Positions 29,577 to 39,336 of a DNA stretch of 64,000 nucleotides are shown in pieces. Made by a program: the position numbers and the translations under genes. Origin of the DNA: an uncultured Eubacteriales bacterium (GTDB lineage Bacteria; Bacillota; Sulfobacillia; Fermentithermobacillales; Fermentithermobacillaceae); NCBI GenBank assembly GCA_964641455.1, contig CAZXLH010000009.1, positions 1,534 to 65,533 on the forward strand, read 5' to 3'. The first letter of the stretch is position 1; each line of letters opens with the position of its first letter. The notes beneath the pieces are model-generated. The model made no database searches and had not been told where the DNA came from. It saw nothing but the letters and a program-made list of their open reading frames with translations.

Positions 29577-30174
29577 TCTTAGGCAAAACATCATAAAGTT
29601 CTATAAACTCATCGGCGGCATCAACCAGTTCGTCTGCAGCCTTGAAGTTGCACTTGGCATATGCGTCAGGATGTTGAGTAGATAACACTTGAATCCGTAC
29701 ACCTCGTCTTGCTATAGCACGCACCAAAGGAACAAAGTCTCCATCACCAGAGCAAAGTATGTATTTATCACATCGATCCATCAACGAGAACATGTCGATT
29801 GCAAGTTCAAGATCGAGATCTGCTTTTATGGTGCCGCCGGCAAATACTTTCAGGGGTTTGAGCACAACCATATAACCATTTCTGTTTAAGAATCTGTAAA
29901 AGGATTGAGAGCGGCGTCTTTGGTTTTCAAGGTCATCTTTCAAGGTTTGCGGGTCGTCCTGAGAAGAGAGTTTTACATACTGATCAATTGATTCCACAGT
30001 CCATTCGCCTGTATAGTAGTATGCCCTTATGAGAATGCTCCCGGCTGATAAATAGTCAAGCAGTTTTACAAAATCAACCTGTATTCCAAACGCATCATAT
30101 GTAGCATATTTGAAGTTCCAACCATCTACAAAAACCCCTAATCTTGGATGCGGATAAGCGCCATACCGAGACAT
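29551..30174 (-). CDS. NYN-domain (LabA/DUF88-like) putative RNase
   Basis: GVFVDGWNF...ILCSGDGDFVPLVRAIARRGVRIQVL; ATG (MSRYG) preceded by GGGAGG. Confidence 0.65.
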   Translation of the reverse strand: MSRYGAYPHPRLGVFVDGWNFKYATYDAFGIQVDFVKLLDYLSAGSILIRAYYYTGEWTVESIDQYVKLSSQDDPQTLKDDLENQRRRSQSFYRFLNRNGYMVVLKPLKVFAGGTIKADLDLELAIDMFSLMDRCDKYILCSGDGDFVPLVRAIARRGVRIQVLSTQHPDAYAKCNFKAADELVDAADEFIELYDVLPKITRDWSSK

Positions 30175-30262
30175 AATATTTCCTCCCATAATAATTTACT
30201 TACTATCTTTTTTATGAATTCTTTGTAAGATAACAGACGAACATTTTTGGTGAAAAAGTAAA

Positions 30263-30339
<77 letters not shown>

Positions 30340-30413
30340 ATGTTTGTGCAGCCTTATCAAATTATACCTTTAGCCCTGCTGAAACACAACAGGCCAGGCT
30401 ACACGGTACACTA

Positions 30414-30686
30414 CTATACCCACCCCAACAACATTAACAAGCCAACTACTACAAAAGCTCCTCCTGCAAAATATTTTATGATATGCCCGGGGACTATACG
30501 ATACAAAGTTTCTCCTATCAAAACACCTATAAGCGAAGATAACACCAGTGCCATTGCAGAACCAAGAAACACACTCCAGGGTGTTTTCTTAGAAGCAGCC
30601 AACATCATAGTAGAAAGCTGAGTCTTATCACCTAGTTCAGCCAAGAAAACCACTGTGAAGGTGGAAAATACTGTTTTCCAATCCAA
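30414..30686 (-). CDS. UPF0016 (GDT1/TMEM165-type, single-repeat) putative Mn2+/Ca2+ transporter half-unit
   Basis: E-x-G-D-K-T motif in VVFLAELGDKTQL and three TM helices; about 90 aa from probable TTG (LDWKTVF). The listed ORF extends 150 nt further 5' through a Cys/Trp-rich stretch that is probably untranslated leader. Confidence 0.55.
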   Translation of the reverse strand: MDWKTVFSTFTVVFLAELGDKTQLSTMMLAASKKTPWSVFLGSAMALVLSSLIGVLIGETLYRIVPGHIIKYFAGGAFVVVGLLMLLGWV

Positions 30687-30959
30687 TTTGCAAGAGCCTA
30701 CAGGCTCAAAACCCTCCTTCCAACGTTCAGAATATACAGTGTCCAAAACCAACCTATCGAGGCTAATCTTACATCGAAGTAAATAGCAAGTCCATACCCA
30801 AACCCCTTTTATGAGCATACCGCAAGCCTTACACATGGTGGCCGCCCGGCGGATAATAGAAAGTGTGTAATATTTGTGTTCCCTAAGGCCAACAGTGCTA
30901 ACTGAATTCGGTCAGATTCGGAATCGCTCGATCAGATTCGGAGTCTTGTAGCATTTGCT

Positions 30960-32957
30960 TTATACAGCCAATTTGCTTTCCCCGGTTCGAGGGGTCTTGA
31001 CCCAGGCTTTTGGCTCTTTGCCAATGGTCTTAAGCACCAAAGCAGCAGTATAAGGAACAGGAAACATAAATGCTGCAAGGGGCAGCAAAAACAACCCAAG
31101 GTAAATTCCCAATTGGCCGGTAATGCTATCCGGCTTAGTAGATTGGTCCAGATGCTTCTCATACCGTTTGAACGCATAAATAGTGAAACCCATGTACACT
31201 ACAGAAAACAAACTCAACATCCATTGGCCTGCCGGTGGTATTATGTGAGGGTCCAGAAGATTTCTGTAATGCAACCCAAGAGCAATAGGAGGTACAAAGG
31301 TAGCCAGCTGATAAGCAACCCACTCCACTTGCCCCTTGATTATCAGGTTTCTCTTGATCCTGCGCCTTTCCGACGGATCGCCGGTTGGCTCATTGGATAT
31401 CTTATCTACTACTTGAAGATGCCCTGTTCCCCAACGTAATCTTTGCTTAAAAAATGCCCTAAACCCAGGCGGTGTCTGTTCAGAAGAGCAATAAGGCAAA
31501 TACTCAGGCCATGCAGCACTTTGCAGATAGGCTCTCACACCGAGTTCTAAGTCTTCTGTAAGCACATGGCAATCCCATCCACCAATTTCTCTGAGTAGTT
31601 GCCTTTCAACAAATACATTTGTGCCGCCGACAAAAGGTAACGTTCTAAAAAGCCACGGTAAGTACCAATCGTGCGCTATGGCCTGGTAAAGCGCAGCAAT
31701 TCTGCAAAACGGAGCCATGCTGTAAAAATTCCTTACTTGAAATACCGGGCCTTGAAGAACCCTTGTCCTTTCAGGTTCAAGCAAACGTCTATAGCCCACA
31801 TACAGAAGCACCTCGTTATGTGGCCTGCTTTCAGCGTCATAGAATCCGCAAATCTCTGAACGTGGGTTCAAAAAGCCAAGCCCCCAGTTAAGCGCCCTTC
31901 CTTTGGTAGAGGGTACACTGTTGCCTGTTCTCTTGCCACTCAATTTACCGTCAAAATCAAACGGGACTACAATGTGCTTGATGTCCGGATATTTCTTACC
32001 CTGCTGCTTCAACTCCTCTTGCACAAAAGTCACAATTTCTTGAGTTGTAGGATACATATCTTCCAACGCTGCCAACAGTTTTCTTTTGAGTTCGCCAGTC
32101 TTAACTGCACTCTTAAGAATAGTGGCTACCCTTCCGGCTATGAATTCTGTCATGCGCAAAATGATGTCTTGAGTAAGCTCATGGTTTGCCCTGGCTGTAT
32201 GTTTGATAGCCTTCTTCAGGACCGGATAGGCAGTGTCATCAAACAGTTGGGTATAAGCCGCCAGAACGGGCATTGACACTGCCAGTGAGGCAGGATAGAT
32301 TCGATCTATATCCAACTTAGAAAGCCATGGGCATGTTGTCTTTACAATATTCCGAAGCCTTTTGACACTGGTAGTTCCTTTGCAGTTAATAATTTCAATG
32401 GATATGTCTCTTACAATCACCTTTCTTTCTTTTGCAGGAAGAAGAGACAGCTCCGGAATACCTAAGGAATAGTCATCTTCAAATTTCTTTGACAGAAACT
32501 CGGCAAGTGCGTAATCGGCAAGAGAAGAAATGATGGCCTCCCTTGTCTTCGGTGCAACCTGTCCTGTAATCAAGTGTTTTCGTGAAGAGTTTTCAATTAG
32601 TTTTTGCGCCTGCCTTACAATGCTTTGCCGTTCATCATAAGTCTCGAAAATTTCTTTTTCATCTGTTACCACAAGAATTTCATATGATTTTTGAGGGTAC
32701 TCAAGGGCAGCCAAATGCCTTAGAGTGTTTCCTATGACCATAGACTCGTCTCTGGCAGGAACAAGTATGCTAATAAAGGGGACCTTCTTTCCCAGTTTAT
32801 GTGCTGCATTCTCAAGCGCTTTTTTACTCAAATTTGGCCTTTTGTTCCAATACTTCTTTTCGCTGTAATGCTTCCATACAAAGAACCTGGCAAAAAGCAA
32901 AAAGAATATGAGATACACGGAAAATGTTATTATGTATAAAGTCTGGGCAGCTGTCAT
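30960..32957 (-). CDS. membrane glycosyltransferase family 2, processive type (QxxRW), with a large insertion between the catalytic motifs
   Basis: 665 aa; N-terminal TM, GT2 core ILVPARDE...ILVVTDE, QRLRWGTG (Q-x-x-R-W) and C-terminal TM helices; about 250-aa helical insert not typical of PgaC/cellulose-synthase-like enzymes. Confidence 0.6.
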   Translation of the reverse strand: MTAAQTLYIITFSVYLIFFLLFARFFVWKHYSEKKYWNKRPNLSKKALENAAHKLGKKVPFISILVPARDESMVIGNTLRHLAALEYPQKSYEILVVTDEKEIFETYDERQSIVRQAQKLIENSSRKHLITGQVAPKTREAIISSLADYALAEFLSKKFEDDYSLGIPELSLLPAKERKVIVRDISIEIINCKGTTSVKRLRNIVKTTCPWLSKLDIDRIYPASLAVSMPVLAAYTQLFDDTAYPVLKKAIKHTARANHELTQDIILRMTEFIAGRVATILKSAVKTGELKRKLLAALEDMYPTTQEIVTFVQEELKQQGKKYPDIKHIVVPFDFDGKLSGKRTGNSVPSTKGRALNWGLGFLNPRSEICGFYDAESRPHNEVLLYVGYRRLLEPERTRVLQGPVFQVRNFYSMAPFCRIAALYQAIAHDWYLPWLFRTLPFVGGTNVFVERQLLREIGGWDCHVLTEDLELGVRAYLQSAAWPEYLPYCSSEQTPPGFRAFFKQRLRWGTGHLQVVDKISNEPTGDPSERRRIKRNLIIKGQVEWVAYQLATFVPPIALGLHYRNLLDPHIIPPAGQWMLSLFSVVYMGFTIYAFKRYEKHLDQSTKPDSITGQLGIYLGLFLLPLAAFMFPVPYTAALVLKTIGKEPKAWVKTPRTGESKLAV

Positions 32958-33106
32958 TGTGTCTGTGGGCCTCCTCTTAGGCTAACTTAAGATCAAGTTT
33001 TTGTCGCCCAGACTAGTGTTACGCTATATCACTACACCTATTCGTAGAAACAAAGGAGCGGCGAAATTAGCCGCTCCTGGTTCGGTCATAACAGTAAAGA
33101 ACGCGG

Positions 33107-34429
33107 TTACAGTATGCCGCCAACCATCTTAAGTGCTTCTTCCAAGCCAGGCGTTCCAATCTCCTGAAGCTCGTATCGTACTCGCAATGACGGCTTATCG
33201 ATCTTCATTACGCGGCGAAGATCTATAGGTGTAGCCACTATCACCAAATCGCACGGAACCTTATTGGCGGTTTCTTCAAGTTCCTTGACTTGTTTGGGCG
33301 AATATCCCATTGCAGGCAAAAGCGCACCTATATGTTCATGTTTATCAAGTGTTTGCTTGATAGAACCTACCGCCCATGGCCTGGGATCAACGGTCTCCGA
33401 AGCTCCCCACTTGCGAGCAGCGATCATACCGGCCCCGTAAGGCATTTCACCGTGGGTAAGGGTCGGCCCGTCTTCAATGACCAAGACCTTCTTACCTGTG
33501 ATCTTCTGAGGCTCTTCAAGTATGAGCGGAGAAGCTGCTTCAACGATTATGGCATTGGGGCAAACTTCTCTTACTGTATTTCTTAACTGGTCTACATACC
33601 TGGGATCTGCTGTGTCAATTTTGTTGATAAGTACAATGTCTGCCATTCTCAGGTTTGCTTCACCGGGATGATAAAGCATCTCATGCCCTGGCCGGTGTGG
33701 ATCGACAAGCACGATGTGGCAGTCAGATTCGTAGAAAGGCACGTCGTTATTTCCGCCATCCCAGAGTATGATATCTGCTTCCTGTTCGGCCCTCTTCAAA
33801 ATCTCACCGTAGTCAACCCCTGCAAAAACTACGATCCCTTCGTCGATATGAGGTTCATACTCTTCTCTTTCCTCTATTGTGCACTTGTGAGTATCCAGAT
33901 CTTCATAAGTAGCGAACCGCTGCCATATCTGGTCCTCAAGGTTTCCGTAGGGCATTGGGTGACGGATTACTGCAGTCTTCTTACCCGATGCTGCAAGAAT
34001 CTGGGCAATTTTCCTGGTAGTCTGGCTTTTTCCTACGCCTGTTCTTACCGCGCATACAGAGATAACCGGTTTACTGGATTTAAGTGCAGTGGACTTACAG
34101 CTAAGCAATTTGAAATTCGCACCTTTGGCCAAAACCGCAGACGCTTTGTGCATCAAGTCTACATGAGAAATGTCGCTATAGGAAAACACTACATCGTCTA
34201 TATCATATTTTTCGATAAGCTCAGGAAGTTGTTCCTCTGCATAAATAGGAATTCCATTGGGATAAAGCTCTCCGGCCAATTTGGCGGGATAAGTTCGCCC
34301 TTCAATATCTGGAATCTGAGTGGCTGTGAAGCACACTACCTTAACATCGGGATTATCTCTATACACTGTATTGAAATTGTGAAAATCCCTTCCGGCGGCT
34401 CCCATAATAATAACTTTCCTTTGTGCCAA
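33107..34429 (-). CDS. P-loop NTPase resembling cyclic 2,3-diphosphoglycerate synthetase (cDPGS-like)
   Basis: 440 aa; MAQRKVIIMGAAGRDFHNFN...; Walker A VCAVRTGVGKSQTT; assignment from remembered family features only. Confidence 0.4.
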   Translation of the reverse strand: MAQRKVIIMGAAGRDFHNFNTVYRDNPDVKVVCFTATQIPDIEGRTYPAKLAGELYPNGIPIYAEEQLPELIEKYDIDDVVFSYSDISHVDLMHKASAVLAKGANFKLLSCKSTALKSSKPVISVCAVRTGVGKSQTTRKIAQILAASGKKTAVIRHPMPYGNLEDQIWQRFATYEDLDTHKCTIEEREEYEPHIDEGIVVFAGVDYGEILKRAEQEADIILWDGGNNDVPFYESDCHIVLVDPHRPGHEMLYHPGEANLRMADIVLINKIDTADPRYVDQLRNTVREVCPNAIIVEAASPLILEEPQKITGKKVLVIEDGPTLTHGEMPYGAGMIAARKWGASETVDPRPWAVGSIKQTLDKHEHIGALLPAMGYSPKQVKELEETANKVPCDLVIVATPIDLRRVMKIDKPSLRVRYELQEIGTPGLEEALKMVGGIL

Positions 34430-34469
34430 TTGGTTTCCCTCCTGTTTTTCTCATTGCTAATTTGTGATT

Positions 34470-35489
34470 CTATGTCCACACTGCGCCCACAATATCTAAA
34501 CCTCTGTGGCATTTTGGGCAAGTTCCCTCACAAAGATAAGCCCCTTCGAGTTCAAGAGTTCCCCTTTCCAAAAGAAGTTCTCCGCATTGGGGGCACAGAG
34601 TATCCGCATAGCCTTTTTTCCAGGCATTTCCGATATACACATAGTCAAGTTTCTCCCTGGCTATTTCGCGGAGCCTTTCAAGTGAAGCAAGGGACGTAGG
34701 CGGCCTGTAATGCCTGTATGCAGGAAAGTAGCGAGAAAGATGCAACGGAATACCCGGATCAATATCGCTTAGCCACCCTGCAAGCCCCTTGATATCTTCA
34801 CCTTTGTCGTTTTCTCCGGGCACAACCAGGTAGGTTATCTCGACCCATGTGCCAGCATCAAAAGCTGTTGCTACTGTGTCCAACACAGGCTCTATTCTAC
34901 CTCCGGCAATTCGTCGGTAAAAATCCCCATGCCAGGCTTTTACATCAACATTCATTGCATCAATTAGCGGCAATAGTTCACTCAATGCTTCTTTTCCTAT
35001 GTAGCCGTTTGTTACCAGCACATTTGCAAAGCCTTGAGTTTTTGCTTCTTCAGCACACTCTTTTACAAACTCATACCAAACTGTAGGCTCGTTGTACGTG
35101 TAAGCCATACCAACTGTATTAGGGTACCGTTCCTTGTAAGAAACGCAAGTATCAACTGCTTGCTTTGGACTGAGCATTGTACAAAGAGGAGTCATCTGTG
35201 AGATCTGCCAATTCTGACAAAACCTGCATGTGAAATTACACCCGTAAGTGCCCAAAGAAAGCACAAGTGAGCCTGGGTGAAAGTGAAACAAAGGCTTTTT
35301 TTCCACCGGGTCTAACCCAATAGAAGTAACCTGCCCATAGTTAACGGAATACAAACGCCCGCCACGATTCTCCCTGACTTTGCAGGCTCCTCGCTTGCCC
35401 GGTAGAATAACACACATATTAGGGCAAAGGTTACACCTTACTTGCGCTTTGGTAAGCGGCTCCCAGCAGAGTGCCTCTTTCACACACAA
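34470..35489 (-). CDS. amrS: radical SAM enzyme, AmmeMemoRadiSam-system type (PFL-activase-like)
   Basis: 339 aa; CNFTCRFCQN radical SAM motif; N-terminal CxxC (CNLCPNMC) and C-terminal Cys pairs; directly downstream of the AMMECR1 fusion gene. Confidence 0.6.
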   Translation of the reverse strand: MCVKEALCWEPLTKAQVRCNLCPNMCVILPGKRGACKVRENRGGRLYSVNYGQVTSIGLDPVEKKPLFHFHPGSLVLSLGTYGCNFTCRFCQNWQISQMTPLCTMLSPKQAVDTCVSYKERYPNTVGMAYTYNEPTVWYEFVKECAEEAKTQGFANVLVTNGYIGKEALSELLPLIDAMNVDVKAWHGDFYRRIAGGRIEPVLDTVATAFDAGTWVEITYLVVPGENDKGEDIKGLAGWLSDIDPGIPLHLSRYFPAYRHYRPPTSLASLERLREIAREKLDYVYIGNAWKKGYADTLCPQCGELLLERGTLELEGAYLCEGTCPKCHRGLDIVGAVWT

Positions 35490-35508
35490 ACCTCCTCATT
35501 TTACTGTT

Positions 35509-36921
35509 TTAACGATAGCGCGATACAGTAAATCGGTAAATCTTAACCTGAGTGTCAAAGGGGCTAATGCCTGCCTTTCTCTTGGCAATGGAAAGCTGTT
35601 CCCTAACTGTATTGACACCTGGTAAATCGGGCAATAACAGCCCTTTCCTGTTTCCTTTTACGCAAATAACGCCATACTTCCTTGGATCAAGTTCTGAAAA
35701 GCCCTTTACTTCCACAGGATCAGACAGAATATCCACTGAATAATCCAACATCTCAAGTTCATCCAAAGTAACAGGTGAAAAACGAGGGTCCCTTGTTGCA
35801 GCGCTAACCGCATTTTGCATTATTTCTTGGGCAATGCTTCCGGTAGTAGGTTCCGTTGTTCCTATACAGCCTCTAAGGTCGCCTTCTTTATGGATAGATA
35901 CAAACACTCCGGCTTTCTTGCAAAACTCACTGGGAACAGGGCCTTCAACGGCAGGCAACCTGCCTTCGCTCACGTAATGCTCAACTGTGGTTCGTGCCAG
36001 CGATGCCGGAAAACTCTCGTCTTGACGTATCCGGCTGATAGTTTTCTGCCTCTTTAACCTAATGGCCTGAATACGTGATTCACTCCGGCTCCATCTCACA
36101 GGCCTGAACAAAGCGACGCAGTAGCCTACTCCAAACGGCCCTTCGTAAGATAAAACCTGTGGTTCAACCTGGGCCCCGTCGAGAGCCCCAAGCATAATTG
36201 ATATGGGCCTTAAACCACACTCTCCTGCATTTTCAATCAGATTCGATGGCATACACACAACCTCTTCAACGGAAAATGCTCTAAGTTTGTCAACGAGAAA
36301 CTCATCAAACACCTTGCCTTGTTCGTTGTATCCTGCCGGAGCGCCTGGCTGTAGCCTATGGGAAAGGTCTCCTGAAGCAAGAACGCCTATTTTACGCCCA
36401 ACACGTAAAGCCGCTTCGGCAATCTGCTTTCCAAAGAGATAAAGATCAAAGTAAGGTAAGAATCCTATATTTACTACTGCGATTTGCGCGTTAAACCCGT
36501 GTTTTTGCAGGTAATACATGGGAACAAGAACGCCGTGATCCAGCTTTGATTCAATTCCGTAACGACCAAATCTACGTTTGTCCAACGTTACAACCTTTAC
36601 AGGAGACTTCCGGCTGCCATCTTCTATTGCCCTTATGAGTTCCAGGTCGTTTTTGAATCGAACACCTATGCCACCGGCGCCAAACTGCCTAAGATCCCCT
36701 TCAAGGGTTTCCGTAACCGGTATTGAAACCGCATCGGAAAATACAGGCCCATGAGGCGTAATTACCACCAACGTTTGGATCCCGGCGCTGGAAAATACCT
36801 TGCCTATTTGATCCATAGCGTTTATGGTCTCAATTGCATCACGTTCCTCACCGCGTCCTACTTCCGGAATAATTATGGGCGGATGGGGTGCAAGCCCCGC
36901 CAGAACTAAATTATCAGGCAC
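35509..36921 (-). CDS. fusion protein: LigB/Memo-like (class III extradiol dioxygenase fold) domain + AMMECR1 domain (AmrB-AmrA-like)
   Basis: 470 aa; N-terminus LAGLAPHPPIIIPE...VVITPHGPVF (LigB/Memo-type); C-terminus GVFVSIHKEGDLRGCIGTTEP...ATRDPRF (AMMECR1); start overlaps the orr stop by 8 nt. Confidence 0.6.
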   Translation of the reverse strand: MPDNLVLAGLAPHPPIIIPEVGRGEERDAIETINAMDQIGKVFSSAGIQTLVVITPHGPVFSDAVSIPVTETLEGDLRQFGAGGIGVRFKNDLELIRAIEDGSRKSPVKVVTLDKRRFGRYGIESKLDHGVLVPMYYLQKHGFNAQIAVVNIGFLPYFDLYLFGKQIAEAALRVGRKIGVLASGDLSHRLQPGAPAGYNEQGKVFDEFLVDKLRAFSVEEVVCMPSNLIENAGECGLRPISIMLGALDGAQVEPQVLSYEGPFGVGYCVALFRPVRWSRSESRIQAIRLKRQKTISRIRQDESFPASLARTTVEHYVSEGRLPAVEGPVPSEFCKKAGVFVSIHKEGDLRGCIGTTEPTTGSIAQEIMQNAVSAATRDPRFSPVTLDELEMLDYSVDILSDPVEVKGFSELDPRKYGVICVKGNRKGLLLPDLPGVNTVREQLSIAKRKAGISPFDTQVKIYRFTVSRYR

Positions 36922-37990
36922 TTTCTAAGACCTCCTTGGTTACAAAAGGAGATGTGCTAGCCTTTAACAAAGCACTGTACGACATTGTGAACTCAAGAAT
37001 GCTGCCTACACCTATGGAACACTCAGCATCTTCTACATCGCAAATCAGGTGATCTGACGAAGCGCCCAGGATTTCGATGCCCCTTGCGCAGGGAGCAATC
37101 CCTGACGGATCGATATCCTGCTTACCTACTGAAACAATGGCCCGGCTTCTAACCCCTCTGTCCTCAAAAACCGGAACATCTCCGAAAGCGTCCTGCCCGA
37201 TTTCGCCAATGGGCTTAGATGGTTTGCGCTGCACCTCAATTACCTCTGCCTTTAACATAAAAGTATCATTGAAGCAGCCAGGTATAGGTTGCCTTTCTAC
37301 AGCTTCACGGCCAAGCAGAATTGCCTCGCCTATCCTGAGTTCTGTAATACCCAAAGTCATTTGCTTATCCAGGGCCAGCCTGAGATTTGCAGACGTTCCT
37401 CCTGATACCCGCTTGAGTTTTCGCCCTATACGCTGCTCAATTGCATTTTTCACCTCAATAAGAAGGGTCATCTTTTCAACTGTAGGAATTACTCCTCCGT
37501 AACAGGCCAAATTGGTGCCTATTCCTACTAAGTCAATCCCCTCTGTTTGATCCATTTCAAAAGCAACCTGAGGCGCTTGCTCAACCATGACACCTTCCCT
37601 AAGATCGCCAAGATCAACCATTAATACTACTTTGTGCATTTGGCCGGTTTTGCTTGCAGCCTCTCCCAAAAGTTTGACAGTATCTACTTCAGAATTAAGG
37701 CTGGTGTCTGCATACATCACAGTTTGCACGCACTGGGAAGGCCCGGGAGCCCTAAGCAAGACCGTCTCACCTTTGTAGCCCCACTCCCTTAGTTTTATAA
37801 GATTGTCAATTCGGGAATCCCCAATTGCATCTGCACCGCCGGATATCATAGCTTCTACTACAGCCAAGTTGGCACAAGTGCCTTTGGCCACGCCTACCAA
37901 GCGTATACCCTGTTTCAGAAGCATATTTGACAGTGTTTCAGTGTTATGCTCAATTTTTGCTTTGTTTATTGTAAGCAGCGGATAAGTCAT
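36914..37990 (-). CDS. orr: ornithine racemase (alanine-racemase-fold, PLP)
   Basis: Alanine racemase N-domain (VGVAKGTCAN...) plus C-domain; ATG at 37988-37990 forms ATGA overlap with oraF stop (listed ORF start 38062 likely too long); operon context. Confidence 0.7.
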   Translation of the reverse strand: MTYPLLTINKAKIEHNTETLSNMLLKQGIRLVGVAKGTCANLAVVEAMISGGADAIGDSRIDNLIKLREWGYKGETVLLRAPGPSQCVQTVMYADTSLNSEVDTVKLLGEAASKTGQMHKVVLMVDLGDLREGVMVEQAPQVAFEMDQTEGIDLVGIGTNLACYGGVIPTVEKMTLLIEVKNAIEQRIGRKLKRVSGGTSANLRLALDKQMTLGITELRIGEAILLGREAVERQPIPGCFNDTFMLKAEVIEVQRKPSKPIGEIGQDAFGDVPVFEDRGVRSRAIVSVGKQDIDPSGIAPCARGIEILGASSDHLICDVEDAECSIGVGSILEFTMSYSALLKASTSPFVTKEVLESA

Positions 37991-39336
37991 GATTCTAACC
38001 CCAAACTCTGTAACAGTAATGCCCTGGCATGCCCGGGATACTTTTTTGACAGCACCCCGCACGAAGCCATAATGTACTGTCTGTCCAACAGAATGCCGGC
38101 CGCCTTTGGATAAAGTTCCCTGCCATAACCCTGGCCCACAAGTCTTGAAAGAACCTGCCTGCCGCCGGGTAACCGGGTAAAAGGGCCTCCGGTGCCAATA
38201 ATGGTTTTGACACTTGACAGGTCTTTACCCGAAGCTACCGTCATCCTGCCTTGTGGCCCGTATAGATGTTTTATTGTCCCCACATGTCGCTTAAATGCTA
38301 TGTCACAAGCTATGTCTCTTAGATAAGACACAAGTTTCACGTGGTGTTCATGTTCCGGTATAACCTGCAAATTCTCCAAGGCCGGCTCTGCATCAAACCC
38401 TAACTCGAAATTGATTCTGTCTTTAACCAGCATGGCAATGTTTCGGGCGTTAACATGAATTCCCAAATCGCCTTCAACAGTTCTTTTTGCCCAAGGCTCA
38501 GGAGCCTCGAGGATAGCCTGGATTTCAGGGCTTCCTTTCGCCACTGAATGAACGTCAACAGTGGCTCCTCCAACATCGAGAGCGCACAGGTCGCCGAGTA
38601 CAGACCACAAAAGTTTGCACGACTCCATTACCGCTCCCGGCGTAGGCATTATGGGGCCATTTACCATACTCCTAATCTTATCCATTCCCGGAGCAGTTAC
38701 TATGTGCTCTTCAAAAACTTCTTGAATTACTTTCCTGGCCGGCTCAACAACCAGTTCATCTACCTTAGGATAAACATTGTCTACAAAATAAGTATCGATT
38801 TGTGCACGCTCAAAGATTTCCCCTATCTGGTTTCGGGCTGCAACGTTACCTGCGTATATTACCGGACAGGCCAAATTACATCCGGCAATCATCTGTGCAT
38901 TCCTTATGGCCGTATCCTTTTCACCATAATCCACTCCGCCTGCCAGCAAAATGATCTTAGGGTTTACCCGTTTCAACTGTTCAATATCAGCTGATGTCAT
39001 CTCACCTGCAGTAACCATTTTGATCACTGCGCCTGCGCCTAAAGCAGCCTCTTTGGCAGCTCTTACCGTCATGTCATAAACTAACCCATGAACGCTCATG
39101 GAAAGCCCGCCGGCCGCACTTGAGGCTGCCATCATCAGATCCCAACCAAGGTCCCTTACCCCAAGATTTAAGGCAAGATTGTCTATGGCCGACGAAAGTG
39201 CCACTGTAACGTCGCCGGGATCTTCCATAGTACAGGATATACCCTGTCCTAACACACGAGCATTGCCTTCAAGCCCGATAGCGTTTACTACAGTTGTAGT
39301 GCTGCCTATTTCAGCTACAAGTACATCGATTTTCAT
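37987..39336 (-). CDS. oraF: GlmL/MutL-like putative D-ornithine aminomutase reactivase
   Basis: MKIDVLVAEIGSTTT..., SSAAGGLSMSV, DVGGATVDV; ATG at 39334-39336 forms ATGA overlap with oraE stop. Confidence 0.65.
   Translation of the reverse strand: MKIDVLVAEIGSTTTVVNAIGLEGNARVLGQGISCTMEDPGDVTVALSSAIDNLALNLGVRDLGWDLMMAASSAAGGLSMSVHGLVYDMTVRAAKEAALGAGAVIKMVTAGEMTSADIEQLKRVNPKIILLAGGVDYGEKDTAIRNAQMIAGCNLACPVIYAGNVAARNQIGEIFERAQIDTYFVDNVYPKVDELVVEPARKVIQEVFEEHIVTAPGMDKIRSMVNGPIMPTPGAVMESCKLLWSVLGDLCALDVGGATVDVHSVAKGSPEIQAILEAPEPWAKRTVEGDLGIHVNARNIAMLVKDRINFELGFDAEPALENLQVIPEHEHHVKLVSYLRDIACDIAFKRHVGTIKHLYGPQGRMTVASGKDLSSVKTIIGTGGPFTRLPGGRQVLSRLVGQGYGRELYPKAAGILLDRQYIMASCGVLSKKYPGHARALLLQSLGLES

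Noticed and set aside
30687-30960. yybP-ykoY Mn2+ riboswitch upstream of the UPF0016 gene
   Set aside because: Expected from gene family context but the hallmark blocks (GGGGAGUAG..., ...ACAUAC..GAGACC) were not found by eye on the minus strand; left as a suggestion for cmscan rather than a call.
33668-34699. 343-aa plus-strand ORF
   Set aside because: Antisense to the well-supported P-loop (cDPGS-like) gene and AmrS; Cys/Trp/Phe-rich, with no start context or family resemblance. It is a shadow ORF of a conserved gene.
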